Shown here: in pieces, positions 24,881-38,774 of the stretch
How positions within the stretch are numbered: the first letter of the stretch is position 1
Layout: each line of letters opens with the position of its first letter
Assembly (NCBI GenBank): GCA_973895155.1
Contig: OZ316892.1
Span: forward strand, 16,854,357 to 16,918,356
Source: Marsupella aquatica
Taxonomy: Eukaryota > Plantae > Marchantiophyta
DNA length: 64,000 nucleotides
Direction: 5' to 3'
Position numbers and translations under genes: made by a program
Notes under the pieces: generated by a model
The model's database searches: none
What the model was told of the DNA's origin: nothing
Seen by the model: the letters and a program-made list of their open reading frames with translations, nothing else

Positions 24881-25354
24881 TTTCATACAACGTCCGGGCT
24901 CTTACATTCATATTACACTTGGACAGGCATTAACATTCTGTGGGACTGAACTAATCTTCGCTAACCTGTTATATATATGTAAGACAAGTTCAAGTACCAG
25001 ATTAGTAAGTTGTTTTCCTAGTAATGTTTCTGGAGCAAACTCTTTCCATGCAACACTCTTGTCTCGAGCTAGTGAGGCCTCTAGGGTAACAGTAAGTCCT
25101 TTCCCGAGCTAATGAGGGCTCTAGGGCAGCTTTTCTTAGTGCCAAAAACTAGCTAGATTCCACACTGTTGCCAAAATATAGGCTAGATTTATTTTTTGTT
25201 TTCCATCAGTCGGTTTCCCATCTAGGAAAATACTTCAATTGCCAGAATCTGACAGTAATTGCTTTAATCTAGGGAGATCTAACTGCCTAAAATGAATTGA
25301 AGTCATTTGGTTGTGTTCAATGACAAAATCAAGTCCTGAGTATGGCGGTGCATA

Positions 25355-25843
25355 GGGCTAGGTTCCATGGGCCAGGGACAGGGAGTATGATCACTCCCTC
25401 TGAGAACCCCTGGGGCCCAGATACGCTGCATGATAAGATATATACAGTATTTTAAATGCATGAGTTTTGACTTTAGAGCCAATGAGAATGCCCTCCACTG
25501 TCACATATAGAGAGGCAGGGGGTACCCCTGGAATTTAATAGCCCTACTCATAATCACACATCAAAATGTGGTAATATAAAAGTGTGCACTCATTGATTTA
25601 AAGAAAATAATGAAGTTTATAGTATGGAATGATTTAGTACACTGAATATATCATATTTTGATGTGCATTTATCAGGACCCGTAATAGGGAGTGTGAGCGT
25701 TTAATAGGGAGTGTGTGTGAAATCATACTCCCTACTACAAGATTTGTACACCCCTCAGTCCCTGGGAAAGTAGTAATGTTATTGACTTGAACATTCTGAC
25801 ATACATTTGTACTTCTCATTCCCAACCTCATGGAACCTAGCCC
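25355..25843. mobile_element. MITE, 489 bp
   Basis: Perfect 15-bp TIR GGGCTAGGTTCCATG / CATGGAACCTAGCCC, with CATA on both flanks and a subterminal inverted AGGGAGTATGAT. Confidence 0.8.
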
Positions 25844-28800
25844 CATAAGCTCTTTAAGACAAGAAAAGCTTTCTTGATCAATTGGATAGATTAAGAAAAC
25901 TGTCGCTGCTGAGTGTGCAATAGCAAGCATGCCCAAAAGAAAAGTGGATATAGAATATTCTTAACATCATCTCCTATAATATATATCACCCCCAACCTGA
26001 AAACTACCCCATCCAATAAATTTGACATTTGCCCTGTTTTGAAAGAAAAAAACAAACTTCTAACAGTAGTAAAGCACAAGATGGATGGCTACATTGTCTC
26101 CAAGCATATTTTGTGTTTCACCTTGGTACTTACAACATGATCAGGTTTGATATATCCATGGGTTTCAGAGAACATATGGGTACATCCGGGTAATTGCAAT
26201 GTGCTAGCAAACAGTAAAATTGTTCCTCGCATCAGCAAAAAACATTCTTGCATGACCTATTTTTCTTGGGTTGGTAGTCTACTGCCTCGCTACCAACTAC
26301 CTGGTTGGTAACATCCCTTTTGGGGACTCCCTTTTTTTCTAGCGAGCTCGCTCGCAGTCGGGAGTCTTAAAAAAAACACAAAATATATAAAAGGCACCAA
26401 AAAGCAAATGAAATCTGAAACCATTACTGTCTCGCTAATAACATTCTCCTCCCTTTCAAAATTTCCTTTTTGCTCCCAACATAGAATACCTAGGTACATC
26501 CAAGCTTCACCTATTAAAATGAGGCTTGCTCTAGGGTGACACATTAATGTTATTTAGCGGCCGTCATTAATGCTTGCTCGCCTAGTCGCTTGCACTTGCG
26601 TCGTTGTTGCTCGTGTGGAAGCGAGCTCGACTTCCCTGAACCCTAAAAAAGTAAAAAGTCTCAGGTCTTTATGAATGAGTTACCCAGCTCTACCTTCCAC
26701 TGCTATTTCACTCCGTCCCGTTGACATGACTCGCCTGTTGAAAACTGTTGTTGCCAGTAAGTTGTTTCTTCCAACCCTTCTTCGCTTCCTGATCGGTAGA
26801 GTCCCTGCCATTTGGTTTCGCTCCCTGCCTTCTACTAGTCTGTTGTTGGAGACTACTTTGGCACATTAATGAATGGTCATTTTGAATCGTTTGAATCGTT
26901 CTCATAGGTATGTTGCCAGTTGTTTCGTTCTCAATGTTAACTTCCGCCCTTTCGAGATCTGTTGCCGTTTGCCCTCATGAGTGTTCGTTTCTGTGTCATT
27001 TGAACTCGGGATTCGGGTCCCTGAGCGGTTTTGGGGGGAGTTTGTTTCGGTTCGCCACCGACTCTTTGGACTTGCTAGTGTTTTAGCTTACGTAAAATCT
27101 TAGGTCTCTCCATTGGCTTGAGCTGTTTCAACTCATCAGTGTGAGCGTCTAGCAATCTGGACGCTGTTATATGTAAGTATTCATTGTTAGCGGTCTTGAA
27201 ACTGAAATTAGAAATTCCATTTTCAAAGTACTTCTGAGAGGTCACAGACATCTCCGGAAAACGGACTAGAAAAATAAGAAGTGACAATTTCAAGGTGGCC
27301 ATTGTTTGAAACGAGCTCCGTTAAGGTATATCTAAGTGACATTAAACTCACATTTGAGTCTCCATCGACTGGAAGCCAGCATTCAATGTCGAAGAAAGTG
27401 TTTTCGAAATGTAATATCACAATTCGTCCTGGAAGAATCTGCCCAGCAAGAGAAGACTCCTTGAATGAAATCATCCAAGCAGTACAGTATTCAGCTCCAG
27501 TAAGGTTTGCGAACGGGCGCTTAAAATTCGCCAGAATTAGCTCAAAATTATCATTTCAGACGAAGCAGAAGACGGATCTGGAAGCCCAAAGTACACAGGA
27601 ACGGTAGTACATCAGAGGACGTTCACTACTTCTTTGGCATATATATGGATGATCTCAGCTCAATTCTTGATGTTACTCTTCTCATTCAGGATGCATGCTA
27701 TTAAGCCACGTACAGTTGCACACAAACCTTCGAAATTTGCCTATTGCAGCTTTGTGACGATGTGGGTCAAGTAATGTGGTCAATGATTCCTGGTAGAATT
27801 TCCTCCTACCTCAAAGACATTTGTCACGATTCTAAGCAATTGCGAGTTTGTTTTAGGGTTTAGGGTTTAGTTTGTCTTTAATAGTAAACATTGTGAAGAA
27901 AAGAGGTGAAAATAACTGATGATGCATAGAGAGCTCCATTTGAGCAGAAACAGGTTGATAATGGTTGTCAATGGAGCAAAACTTTCATGTGGATAAGGTT
28001 GAGCACATGCTTATGATATATAGTGAGAAGTTGCATTTATGAGAATCAAACTTATGTATAGAGGACTGGCCATTAGGGGCTTTAATGCCCCCCAAAAAAC
28101 TAGAGCTTCAGCTCAATTTGAGGGGCTATTATTGCCCACAAGGCTGTGGTTTCAGGACCTTAATGCACTTAAAGGACTATGATATTTTTACTTTTACTAC
28201 TTTTTAGTAAAATAATGAGTTGATTCAAATCTTGAGTGTGCATTCTTCTCCCAATGCCCTCAAAATTACAAAGAGAAAAATCAATGAAAGCATTAAGTGA
28301 TTGATTATTCATATGAAGCATGTTATTATGTGCGAGCAATAGTTGTGAGAAGGGTGGAGTGGTGATGTTATCTGAACACTTTAGTATGCAATCTTGCTAT
28401 TCTTTTTCATAGTCTGATTACAAAATGCATTATGGCAGAAAGCTACATGGCCAAATGCATTATGACGGACAGCTTACATGGCTGTTTGAATACAGTGACA
28501 TTTATTCCTAATCATAAGATGGGCCTAAACATATCATTGTGCACATTTTCCGACTGCCACTCTCCATGCACCTTGCACACTCCTTGAAAATCCAGTTGCC
28601 AGACCAATCCACCACCTCTATGCAGTGTCCAACTGCCTGGCCATCTCACTTATTCTTGACAACACATCCAGGCAACATTACTTACTACTGACAATATTGT
28701 GCATTGCGTAGACGTTGAGTCGATAAAAAGTAAACTGTCAAGTAGTGGAGTTGGAATTAGAACGTCAAATAACTAAAACATCAACTCACTGTTGGTTAGC

Positions 28801-30102
28801 TTACTCTTCCTTTGTTGCTTGTTGCTTGGTTTTGAACAACTTGGGTCTAAATAACCTGCCTCCTCATTAAAACTAGGATTTACAGGAGGAAAAAAGGCCA
28901 GGAAAGAAGGAAAACATTGGGCAGCAAGAAAATAAAGAGAACATAAAAATAGCATTGGAGGAGGGGTAAATGGATGCCTTTCATCATGAATATCTAAATC
29001 AACAAGGGGAGTTACCTTTTCACCAGACTTTGCCAAACTGACATGTTCATTGGGGTGGGCAATTTGTGTGGCATTTGGCAGAACATGTTGCTGAAGGGTA
29101 AAGACTAAATGCCACTATGACATCCCACAACAACCGAGCTGCTACCAATTTATATTCCAAATTTTTTTCTTGAAAGTAGAATGATCCATTTGTATTTTAT
29201 GAGCTAAAGTGAAAAACAATAGGACAAAATGTTAAGGTTGTGAATCTAATTAAATGCCAATATGTTTTATCTACATTTGCATATTTTTGTGAGAAGCCCA
29301 TAATTAACTTTTTTGAGGGAAACCTCAAGCTTCGCAACTGGCTTGCCAGGAAAGCCAAGAGAGCATAATTGAACCTCTGACCTTTGGTTTCAGGCCAATA
29401 CTTTGCCAACACTCTTAGGCAGGTACATCAATTTAGGAAAGAGGGCTTCACACGATTGACTTATTATATGTCAAACTTGAGAGATATTTTCATACTTTTT
29501 TGAACGGAGAAAACAAACTTGAGAGATGCTTTGGTGACTTTATTGGAATGTGGCAGGAGGGGATTATGAAATTGTGTACTTTGGTAACATCGTAATTTGC
29601 CCTTAAAGAATGACCCTAGACCCATCCACTAGCACTTGAACCGCCACTGACACTGAAGCTGTATGAGGACAAATTAGTGACTTTGGACATCATGGACTAA
29701 TTATGGACACCTGGATAAGCCAGGATTTGGAATGAGCAGCTGCAGTTTAATAATGGTCCACTTGATAGTAATGTAATAATGGAGGTACTCCTGTTATTAC
29801 TAGGAAAATGCGTTCCCAAGATCACATGGCCTGTAGTGTAAGTCATTTCTAGCATAGTACATATATAGAGTGGCTATCATGGGTACTCATCGAAAACTAT
29901 AACACATTGTTGTGCCAAAAATTACAATGGTCGTCATTCAAATTTGGTATATTGTTTTGTGTGAAAAAATTGACAACCTGAAGAAGTGGAAAGAATGAAT
30001 CAAAAGTGAATTATATTTTATGTGCAGGTTTTCCAGGCAAGAAGAACAAGCACGGACCAATCATGACCCTTCCTCAAAATATTGTTTTTTTACACTGTCA
30101 GA

Positions 30103-30880
30103 TCTATCTATACACCCTATCTAAAATGAGTCTCTACCCAAGTTTCCCTTTAGCCTACCCTTGCTTGCCCAAGATTAAAAAAACTTAATTAAACTGAATT
30201 AAATTTATTTAAATTTGAATATAAATAAATTGTTTATTTCTTAGAAAAAACTAACACTTTAAAGAACCATATTTTGACCTGTCACTCGGTGGTGCTTGGA
30301 TTTTATGATGCAATGGCCATTATCTCGTGTCTCCAATTTCTATGTGCAACATGCAGATAATTGAACACGACCACAAAAATTGTATGATCAGGATCACGCA
30401 TAACTTGCCTCAACAATTATATCGCAAAGCTTATATGTTTTTGCCTCACCTTTACATGTTTATGTCTCCTTTTAACATCTTTACCCTACCTTGCCATTTT
30501 TTCACATTAACATATTTATTGCAGCATGATGTTTTTTCTCACTCTTCACATCTTTCTCTTCTTTTTTCTCCTCGAGATCTTTTATGAACTGGCTTGACAT
30601 CTTTTCTTCCCCTCAACATCTTCTCTCACTTTGACATCTTATCTTTTTCTCATTTCACCATCTTTTTCTCACCCTGACTTCTTTATCTCAACTTGACATC
30701 TTTTCCTCGTCTTTACATCTTTTTCTCACCTTGCCATCTTTTCTTTCCTTGACACCTTTTTTTCACCTTGACTTTTGTTCCTGGCCTCGACATGTTTGCT
30801 TTCATCTACATTGTTTGTGACCTCAACATATTTTCTCACCTCAAAATCTTTTGTAACACACAGGCATCGGCGCAGGCTAG
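30103..30880 (+). mobile_element. Non-autonomous Helitron-like element
   Basis: A|TCTATCTATACACCCTATC 5' end and CTAG|T 3' end after a GC-rich patch (weak hairpin). Contains the internal 19-bp minisatellite. Confidence 0.5.
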
Positions 30881-33349
30881 TGTAGTGTAAAGATGGATTA
30901 TTTTATTTTGTACTCAAGTAGCAATTATTCATTGAAACTTGTCTGGGCTGTTGGAGGTATACGTGTTGAAAGACGATCTTCCTACGACCTATTATATGAC
31001 CAGTTGGTGTTTGAATTAACTCTTAGGTGTTTGTCCACAATGGTTAAATCATTGTCCCAAGCTTAGCTTTGAGTTTAGACTACTGATAATGCCCTTGGGG
31101 ATGGGGGCTTTACAACCATAATCAGTGTCCAGTTCCTTACTTTACACACAACAAAAGTTGAAAGTATAATAACACTTGGGAAAAAGCCTGGAAACACAAT
31201 ACAGCCCAACAAACATTTCACAAAGGGAGTGAAAATCTATATATCACAGTGCCAAAGAATAAAAGAACCGTTGACTGTGAAGCAAAATCCCAAATGCAGG
31301 CAACCCAATAAAGGGCAGAAAACAAGGGGGCACCCACAAGAAGAACAAAGCCCCAAAAGCCAAGGAAAAGGTGTACCAGACCCCAAGTGAGAGCCTAATG
31401 GAGTCAGGCCTATGTTAACTGGTTAACCTGAACGAGGCAGAGAGGCTGCAGAGCAAACACAAAGCATTTTGACTGTTATGGACCTCAAGAATCTTTGCTG
31501 TAGCTCGGACTTGATTTGGAGGCAGCCCACCTGAAATTTAACAAGGGGCTGGATGAGTACAGTGCCCAGTGCAGTGCCAATTTTGCCTTGAATCTCTTTG
31601 TAAGTGCCTCCAATGGCAATGTGATCTCACATTAGGGTGCGACTTTATTTGAGCCAAGCTTTTCACCATCATTCATATTATAGATCAAGATGACTCAAAT
31701 CTTAAGAAATTAGTCTCAAGTTGTTAGAAGCCTTTGTTGGCTTACCTTAGTGTGGATCACGATTGGTTGGGGCAGCAGTGCATATAGTAATTTCTTGGCT
31801 TGATGCTTCTTATTTCAGATGGGAAAAAGAAAGTGACAGCACATTCACGGTATTCTGGTGAGGAGCTTCACATGTTACGCAAGAAACTCTGATTCTTAAC
31901 AATAGGGCGTCTCAATCCTTGGAGTCGCAGGAAAAAAAGAGGCCCGGAACTAGCAGTGTGCGGACACGGATTTTTGTGTCCACCAATTTTTTCCCGGGAT
32001 TCCGTCTCTGACTGCAACCGGAAGCAGCAACGCGAAGTTTGAGACACCCTATTTGAATCATGGTCGCCGATGCAATTCTGGACTTGTGCTGGGCGGGGCC
32101 CCTAATCATTACTCGATAACAGACGTCAAGTTAATGTACAGTTAATCCGCATTTGGGTCTTCCAACCCTCAAAGCAAACAACCCGCTGCCCCTACTTTCC
32201 CATCCCGATGGTCTTGACACTGGTTCTGGACGCTTTTCAGTCTAGGAACACCCCCCAAAAATGGGATTGGGCAGGTTTGAGACAAGGGGGAGGAAAGGAG
32301 TGAAACCCCAAGATCCTAAAGACACGACACCCAATAAAAGGGAGAAAACAACCAAAAAATTAAAGCGATCCCAAAGTCAAAAGACCCCATAGAGGGATTA
32401 GAAAAGTGGTCATAATCTAAAATAAAATTAAAGAGCCACACAAAGTACAATAGAGGGGAGAAAAACCCAATAGAGTACAACAAGGAGGAGAAAACAAGAG
32501 GAAAACCCCAAGAATGTCAAAGGGCCAAGGTAAAGGTGAGATTCCCAAGAAGACCAACATGCAATTAACATTGAGACGGATGATGTACTCTGTCTGAACT
32601 TAAAACATACCAAAAATATTAGCACACAAACAGAGCAAGACGGACTTCCCAACCAGAGGAACATCATTCTGAAACAGTCTTGTCCGTTGCAATCGTCTGA
32701 ACTTGAATGGCCTATAATAATTATGCCGCAGTCATAATCCTCTCTCTTTTGTGAGCAGTGGATTCCTCGACGACACTTGCACGTCGATGCATCAAGACTC
32801 ACTGACTGCTCGCTTGCCCGACTATCGATGCGATTGATTCCCGGAGCGTTTTGCGGTCCGATCGGCTGTGGAGACGAACCATAATAAGCAGCAAACGACC
32901 AGACAAGACCGACTTGACTTCCCATAGTAGCGATCTACGAGAGCAGAGCGGCAATTGTGAACAGAAGAAGAACCACTAAGGGACTCACTCTCACCTCTCA
33001 TGTCTGCGGATGGCTGACCTCTGCACATGATTGTGTCGTCGTCCTGTCACTTTTCGTCGGGGTCTGCAAAGTTCAATTCACTCAAAAGTGATCGAACGCG
33101 TGAGTAGAATAATAGGATGCGGATGGGGAGGGAAGAGAGGGAAATTGAATTGAACTGAATTATGTAGGGTGGGGACCGAGGAAGAGTCGCAACTGAACAG
33201 CCTAGAGGAGGAGAGCAAATCAGGGTAGAGTAGAGGAGAACAGAGCAAGGCGTAGCAGGGTAGAGCAGGGCAGGCTGGAGGGGCTCGCATCGTGGATAGG
33301 CGGGGGCTTGTCCTCTGCCTTCTTCTCGTCGTTGGAGAAGACATCATGT

Positions 33350-35829
33350 GTGGGCCTCTCCGTGACGGAGGATTCGGACACCGAAGGCGGAGACGGAGAA
33401 GAGCTCTGCGAGGTGCGGGTCAAGACTGACAAGCCGCTGGCTGGCGCAGGCTCGCAGAGTAGAGAAGGTGTGATCAAATTGTCCAATAGTCCTCGCTATG
33501 CTAATGATCTCTTTAGGGTTAAGAAATTCCACCACGTCGAATTTTGGTGCGGAGATGCGTCCAATGCCTGGCGGCGCTTCTCATGGGGCCTGGGAATGAA
33601 TCTGGTGGCGAAATCGGACCAATCCACCGGCAATCAAACCTACTGCAGCTATGTCATCCAATCCAACGAGCTCGTGTTCTCGTTCACGGCACCGTACTCA
33701 CAACAGATCGACCAAGCGAACACGAGGCCGACATCTTCGACAACCTTCAACGCCGATGAGGCCAATGCCTTCTTCAACAGGCACGGCTTGGCCGTCCGCG
33801 CAGTGGGAGTGCTGGTTGACGATGCAGAGGAGGCTTTCAGCATCGCTGTTCGAAATGGCGCTGTCGGAGTTCTGGAGCCTGTGGTGCTGACGGACGAGCT
33901 AAGCACTGGTGGCAAGACCAAGCTAGCAGAGGTGACCTTATATGGAGATGTGGTGCTCAGATTGGTCAGTAATCATGGATTCAGTGGGCCGTACTTGCCT
34001 AACTTCGAACGTGTAGAATCCCTGCCCATATGCTACGGGATCCTGAGGCTAGATCATGCTGTCGGCAATGTATCAGACTTGAGCGATGCAGCTGGGTATT
34101 TGAGAAAGTTCACAGGATTCCACGAAGTTGTGGAATTGGCGGCTGATGAAGTAATTGGTACCGGGGCTGAATGCGGACTCAAAAGTTTGGCTTTGGCGAA
34201 CAACAGGGAGACGGTTGTACTCCAGTTGAACGAACCGGTGCTGCTTAATGGGAAAGGTGAAAAATCTCAGATTCAATCATACCTGTTGCAGAATGAAGGA
34301 CCGGGAGTGCAACATCTTGCTCTTGTCTCTGAGGACATTTTTTCCACTTTACAGGAGATGCACGACCGGAGTCATATTGGTGGCTTTGAGTTTAAGCCTG
34401 GGCCTCCGCGCACGTACTACAAAGATTTGCAGAAGAGGGTCAAGGGGATTTTTACAGACAAGCAATTCAAGCAATGTCAAGAGCTGGGTATTCTGGTTTG
34501 CGTCGATGAACACGGAATGGTTCTGCAGGCTTTCACCGAATCACTCGGGGACAGGTATTTCCAAATGAGCTTGTTTTGGTGTTCTTCCTGTGGCACACTT
34601 GGATTGTTATTATTTTCTGTTCCTGATATCTTCTTTGCGAGATAAATGTTGTGTGCAAGTAAGACTGCTTTGTTGCCTTGCCTCGCCCATATTTATTTAT
34701 AGTAGGTAGAATTCCCTGTCAATGCAGTTAGTCGATTGCTGTGTTCTTTATGTAGTCGTTGTTTCTTAGATTCCAACTAGCAGAGTCTTTGGTCCCAGTG
34801 AGAATCACACCGCCAGCATAGCTGATAATTTCTGTAATCAGAGATATCTGCATGCACTGTCACGTTAGCTTAGTCAGCCATGCGAGTCGAGCTTCCCAGT
34901 TGCACTTTGACCATCAGCTAGAAAAATGGGAGCATGGTTTCAAAGGGGACGAGAAAGTCCCAAAATACTTTCATCGTCTGATGCATTTTATCAGAAAGTT
35001 CTTGGACAATTAATATTTCATCAGTTGCTTAGATAAGACTTAAGTTTCCCCTTTCAGCTATTTTGACTATGTCAACGAAAAGCATTCAGAGCATGGACAG
35101 GATGCATTGAGAGAAATCACTCCTGAGGAGAAAATTCACAAGTGGGGAAGTTAACCTGCCAAGAACATTACGACTCTCGGCTCTGTAAATTATTCAACTT
35201 GTAGTTAAGACTGCCTATCTTTAGAGATTTTTGTGTTTATCTCAACAAGATCTCAGTAGAAAGTATGCGCGAAATGAATCTCGGAGTTTCTTTCTTCGGT
35301 AACTGAGACATAGGGACCGTTTTTAGGCGTGTAGGTAGTAAGCACGACGTGTTGTAGGAATGGCGCGGAAGGTGATAAATACGTCAGCTCATTCGTAGTG
35401 ACCCAAGGACAATCAACTGGGGATATCTATCACTTTTAATGAACTACGTTTTAGAAAGCCTCCTTCGGGTATTGTCAGTTGGACGACGACTCTAATTTTT
35501 GAGTTGGAATAATTCCACGGTTTTGTAAGCTGTCAAGACATTTGCAGTCAGTTGAACATTTCTTTGATGTGGACAGGCCAACAATCTTCATTGAAGTTAT
35601 TCAGAGAGTTTCCTGGAGACGGCAACCTGCAGGTGGCCAGCAGGTTCGAAAGGAAGAATTTAAGGGTGTTGGGAGGGTGAATTGTTCCAAATCAGTTGAG
35701 GCGATTGAGAAGCAGAAGCAGACCCCTCGAATGGGACCAAAACAACATATTGAGAGCACTTTGTCTGGACGTCCATATGGTTCATGTGACGTCACCTCTT
35801 ACAAACACATCAGAGAGGTTCACTTCTAG
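33350..35829 (+). CDS. HPPD: Divergent 4-hydroxyphenylpyruvate dioxygenase-like protein (start codon unresolved)
   Basis: Exon to 34554 plus exon 35577-35829, with the intron at GDR|PT. Motifs FHHVEFWC, LDHAVGNV, GVQHLAL, FIEVIQR. The Fe triad is retained and the C-terminal GGFGKGNF is replaced by KGVGRVNC. Confidence 0.85.
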
Positions 35830-38009
35830 AACATGATTCGAGGCTATTGAAATCTTGTTTGCTTTATCAATCTTCTTTGGGGTTGGTGTAAGTAATCAGT
35901 GATTACTGCACTAGTTTAGTTAGTTATTGGGGTTTGATTAAAGCATTGAAAACGGGCTTCAGGCTTGCGTTCTGTGGAGCACCTTTACTGCGCCAACGAT
36001 AAAATGAGGATTCAGTCCTTTCAATTTTGGTAAAAGCTTGTATTTGTACGTTGAATAAATCTCATTTAACTGTAAGAGGAGACGCCTAACTGTGGTCTTT
36101 GTTTTCCTCACTGGAGAGCGACCAGGGAGAGCTAAACCTGTATGATGACCACGCCAGGCCAGGCATCTAAGTTTCTTCGTTCCTCAAGTTGTTTTGGATG
36201 TCACATAAATTAATGAAAGTGAAAGTCATGGCATGCCCACGCAAAGTAGAATGTGTGTCAGCTTGTTCGGCAGTCCCCATTGAGCCCTGGCGTTCTATAT
36301 CTGAATCTGTCCTCTTGCTACAGGGGACCGATAGCACAGGGATGCTCTTGCCCTGAGGAACCGTCTGATGGACGAAAGCCTCATTCAGAAATTTATTTTA
36401 ATTGCAACTGATGATAAGGTGGAAGATCGAGCTTCCCAGCGAGAGGAATTAATTAGCCACAAACAATCCAGAGTCCAGGTCTTTGTAGCTACCGGAGTGC
36501 AGTGCCAGGATAGCTGGTGCGTTCAGTATTTTTTTGCGTTGGCCCATGTTTGCCGAATCTTTCCTCCAACACTTTCCAAATCTTTCCCTTGCAAGTGATA
36601 CAAAGAAATTTTAACAAGTTTTTGGTCACTATTGGCCAGACCTTTTCTTAAGATAGTAAGGTTCCTGTCCTAAGTTAAGGGAAGTTGTCCTACAGAAAAT
36701 CTTCTCTAAATTCTCGGTCAAATATAAAGAAACTGTTACATCATAGACGATGAGCACCCTTCTGACAAATAGAATCAGAGCTGTTTTCAGAGTAGAAATG
36801 AAGGTGAAGGGCGGGTCGCGTGTTGTGCGATACAGATACTAGATCTACACTCATAAAAGATCTAATTCATTCCCACACGATTGGAAGCCGGGTCCTCGGG
36901 ATCTAAGGCGGGTCCAGAAAGCTCGTTCTTACTTAACATATTCGCAGGATCTTAGGTAGTGTGCAAATCAGTCTTATGTGGACCTACACCCTTGTCTTAA
37001 GTCCAGTTCTGTCCCTGGCGTGACGCCTACTTCTTTAACGGCGCATCATCAGCCCCAGCCGAAACCATGGAAATGATCATTCTCTCACAAAACGTTAATT
37101 TGGAAAAGCATCTCTTGTGATTAACGGCTAAATATGGCTGCGAGAGTCCTGTGTCATATGCTCATTGATGAGGACGAGTTTCTTCCAAACACGAATTGTG
37201 ACACAATCAAATCAGGTGTCAAATGACCGCACAATTGCTGACCTATGCTTTTTCTCTTACCTGGCTTACTCAATATCTGTTGACAGGGCGCTAGATTGCT
37301 GGACCAACACGATTTTTAAAAACCCTTGGAAAATCCTCTGTCGCTTTGGAAAGAGGCTCGTCAATGATTCGAAGTCATAGACGCAGGACGTCGTGCCTTG
37401 CACTATCTCCGCTCAGGACTCACGAAACTGGGAGTCCCAAGTGAACTGACCTTTTTGTCGCGGTACTGGAAAGAATTCCAAAGAAGAACATTCTCGATTC
37501 TCAGACGCAAAAGACCTTCAAGGCCGACTTCGACAATAACAGTCCTTTAACTAGGAGTGTAGGGAGTGCAGGATAGTCAACGACGAGAATCTGTGGTGGG
37601 GCAGGCAGGATTGCAAAGAACGTTACTACCGTGCCTTTTTAAACGTAACAGAGCTGCAGAATCAAGTCAGGCATGAAGATGCAGATAACCTCAATCGTAT
37701 AGGAAAGAACTAGGTCTAGTTTGGTGAAATTCTGTGTGGTGGGGCGGGTTACAATGAAAGGTACAGCCATTTGAGAAAGACAGAGGTCAGGCATGCAGAC
37801 GAGCACAATCGCATGGCAAGGAGAATCAGCTGGTCTACTGAAACACAATCATAGCCCATCGCCCAGTGAAACACAATCCTAGCCCATCCGCCCAGATAAT
37901 AACACTTTGAACGTTATTTTATCAATAAGTCCTGTATAAACCCTGATTCCGCTACAAAAGCCCCGCCCGCCCGCCCGCCCGCCTGTCTAAAATCTAGTCT
38001 ATTCTATGC

Positions 38010-38086
38010 TACAGAGAGCTTAGCGTCATCTTGTGGGATGTATGAAAGCATAGAGAGCTTAGCGTCATCTTGTGGGATGTATGAAA
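38010..38086. repeat. Direct repeat, 39-bp period
   Basis: agagagcttagcgtcatcttgtgggatgtatgaaa occurs twice. Confidence 0.85.
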
Positions 38087-38774
38087 AGTTTGCAGGGAGT
38101 ATTCTTAAAAAATGGTACCGCGGAATAGTATGGTGGCAGCCGGCAGTGTTGATCAGATCTATCTGACAGATTGCTCAAAGAATCACCAGCCCGTAGTTGA
38201 AAGAGCGTGCAATGAGCAACCAATGCGAGATCTCTGTCGACCAGTACAGTGTGCAACTGTAGTCTGGCTCGTTCGACTCTAGATTCTACCCTATTACAGT
38301 CAACAGCTGAGCACTTCGTTCTGGCCTGGGTCCCGGTCCCGCTACACAGCTCCATCCAATTGGGCCATAATCGGTCCAAGCAGGAAGAAAGATCGAGTTA
38401 AACCTTCAACGGTAAAGCGGTTACTATTGTCAACCTCATCGGACAACCGGCGAGCAATTCGCCAACAGCTCCTCGATACATCAACGTAACCAGCTTGCAA
38501 TCCCACGTCGTCGTCATAATCCAGTGGAATCGGCAAAATCCGTCTTGACCACGACGGATTAAAAAAACCGAGTACCTAGCCATTACTTGCCAGGTAGTCA
38601 CTACTTCACTTGTCACCGTTGAGATACTTTTTTTTTGGTTGGTTTTCTGCTTTGCTATCTGATGAGATAGATTTGTATTATATGCTGCTGCGTCCCCATC
38701 GACGCACCAAGCATTTGCCGTCACGGAAGTGAAGAAGAATAATGTTGCAATGTTCACCTCGTGAACTTCCATAA

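Noticed and set aside
27852-27870. TTTAGGG telomeric repeats (also ~23450 and ~61450)
   Set aside because: Only 2-3 units, which are common telo-box-like motifs.
26290-29460. Fragmented ORFs and palindromes suggesting a decayed TE
   Set aside because: No recognisable domain or paired termini could be established.
31100-31650. Possible LINE 3' end on the minus strand (also 55600-56100)
   Set aside because: Too degenerate to support by eye.
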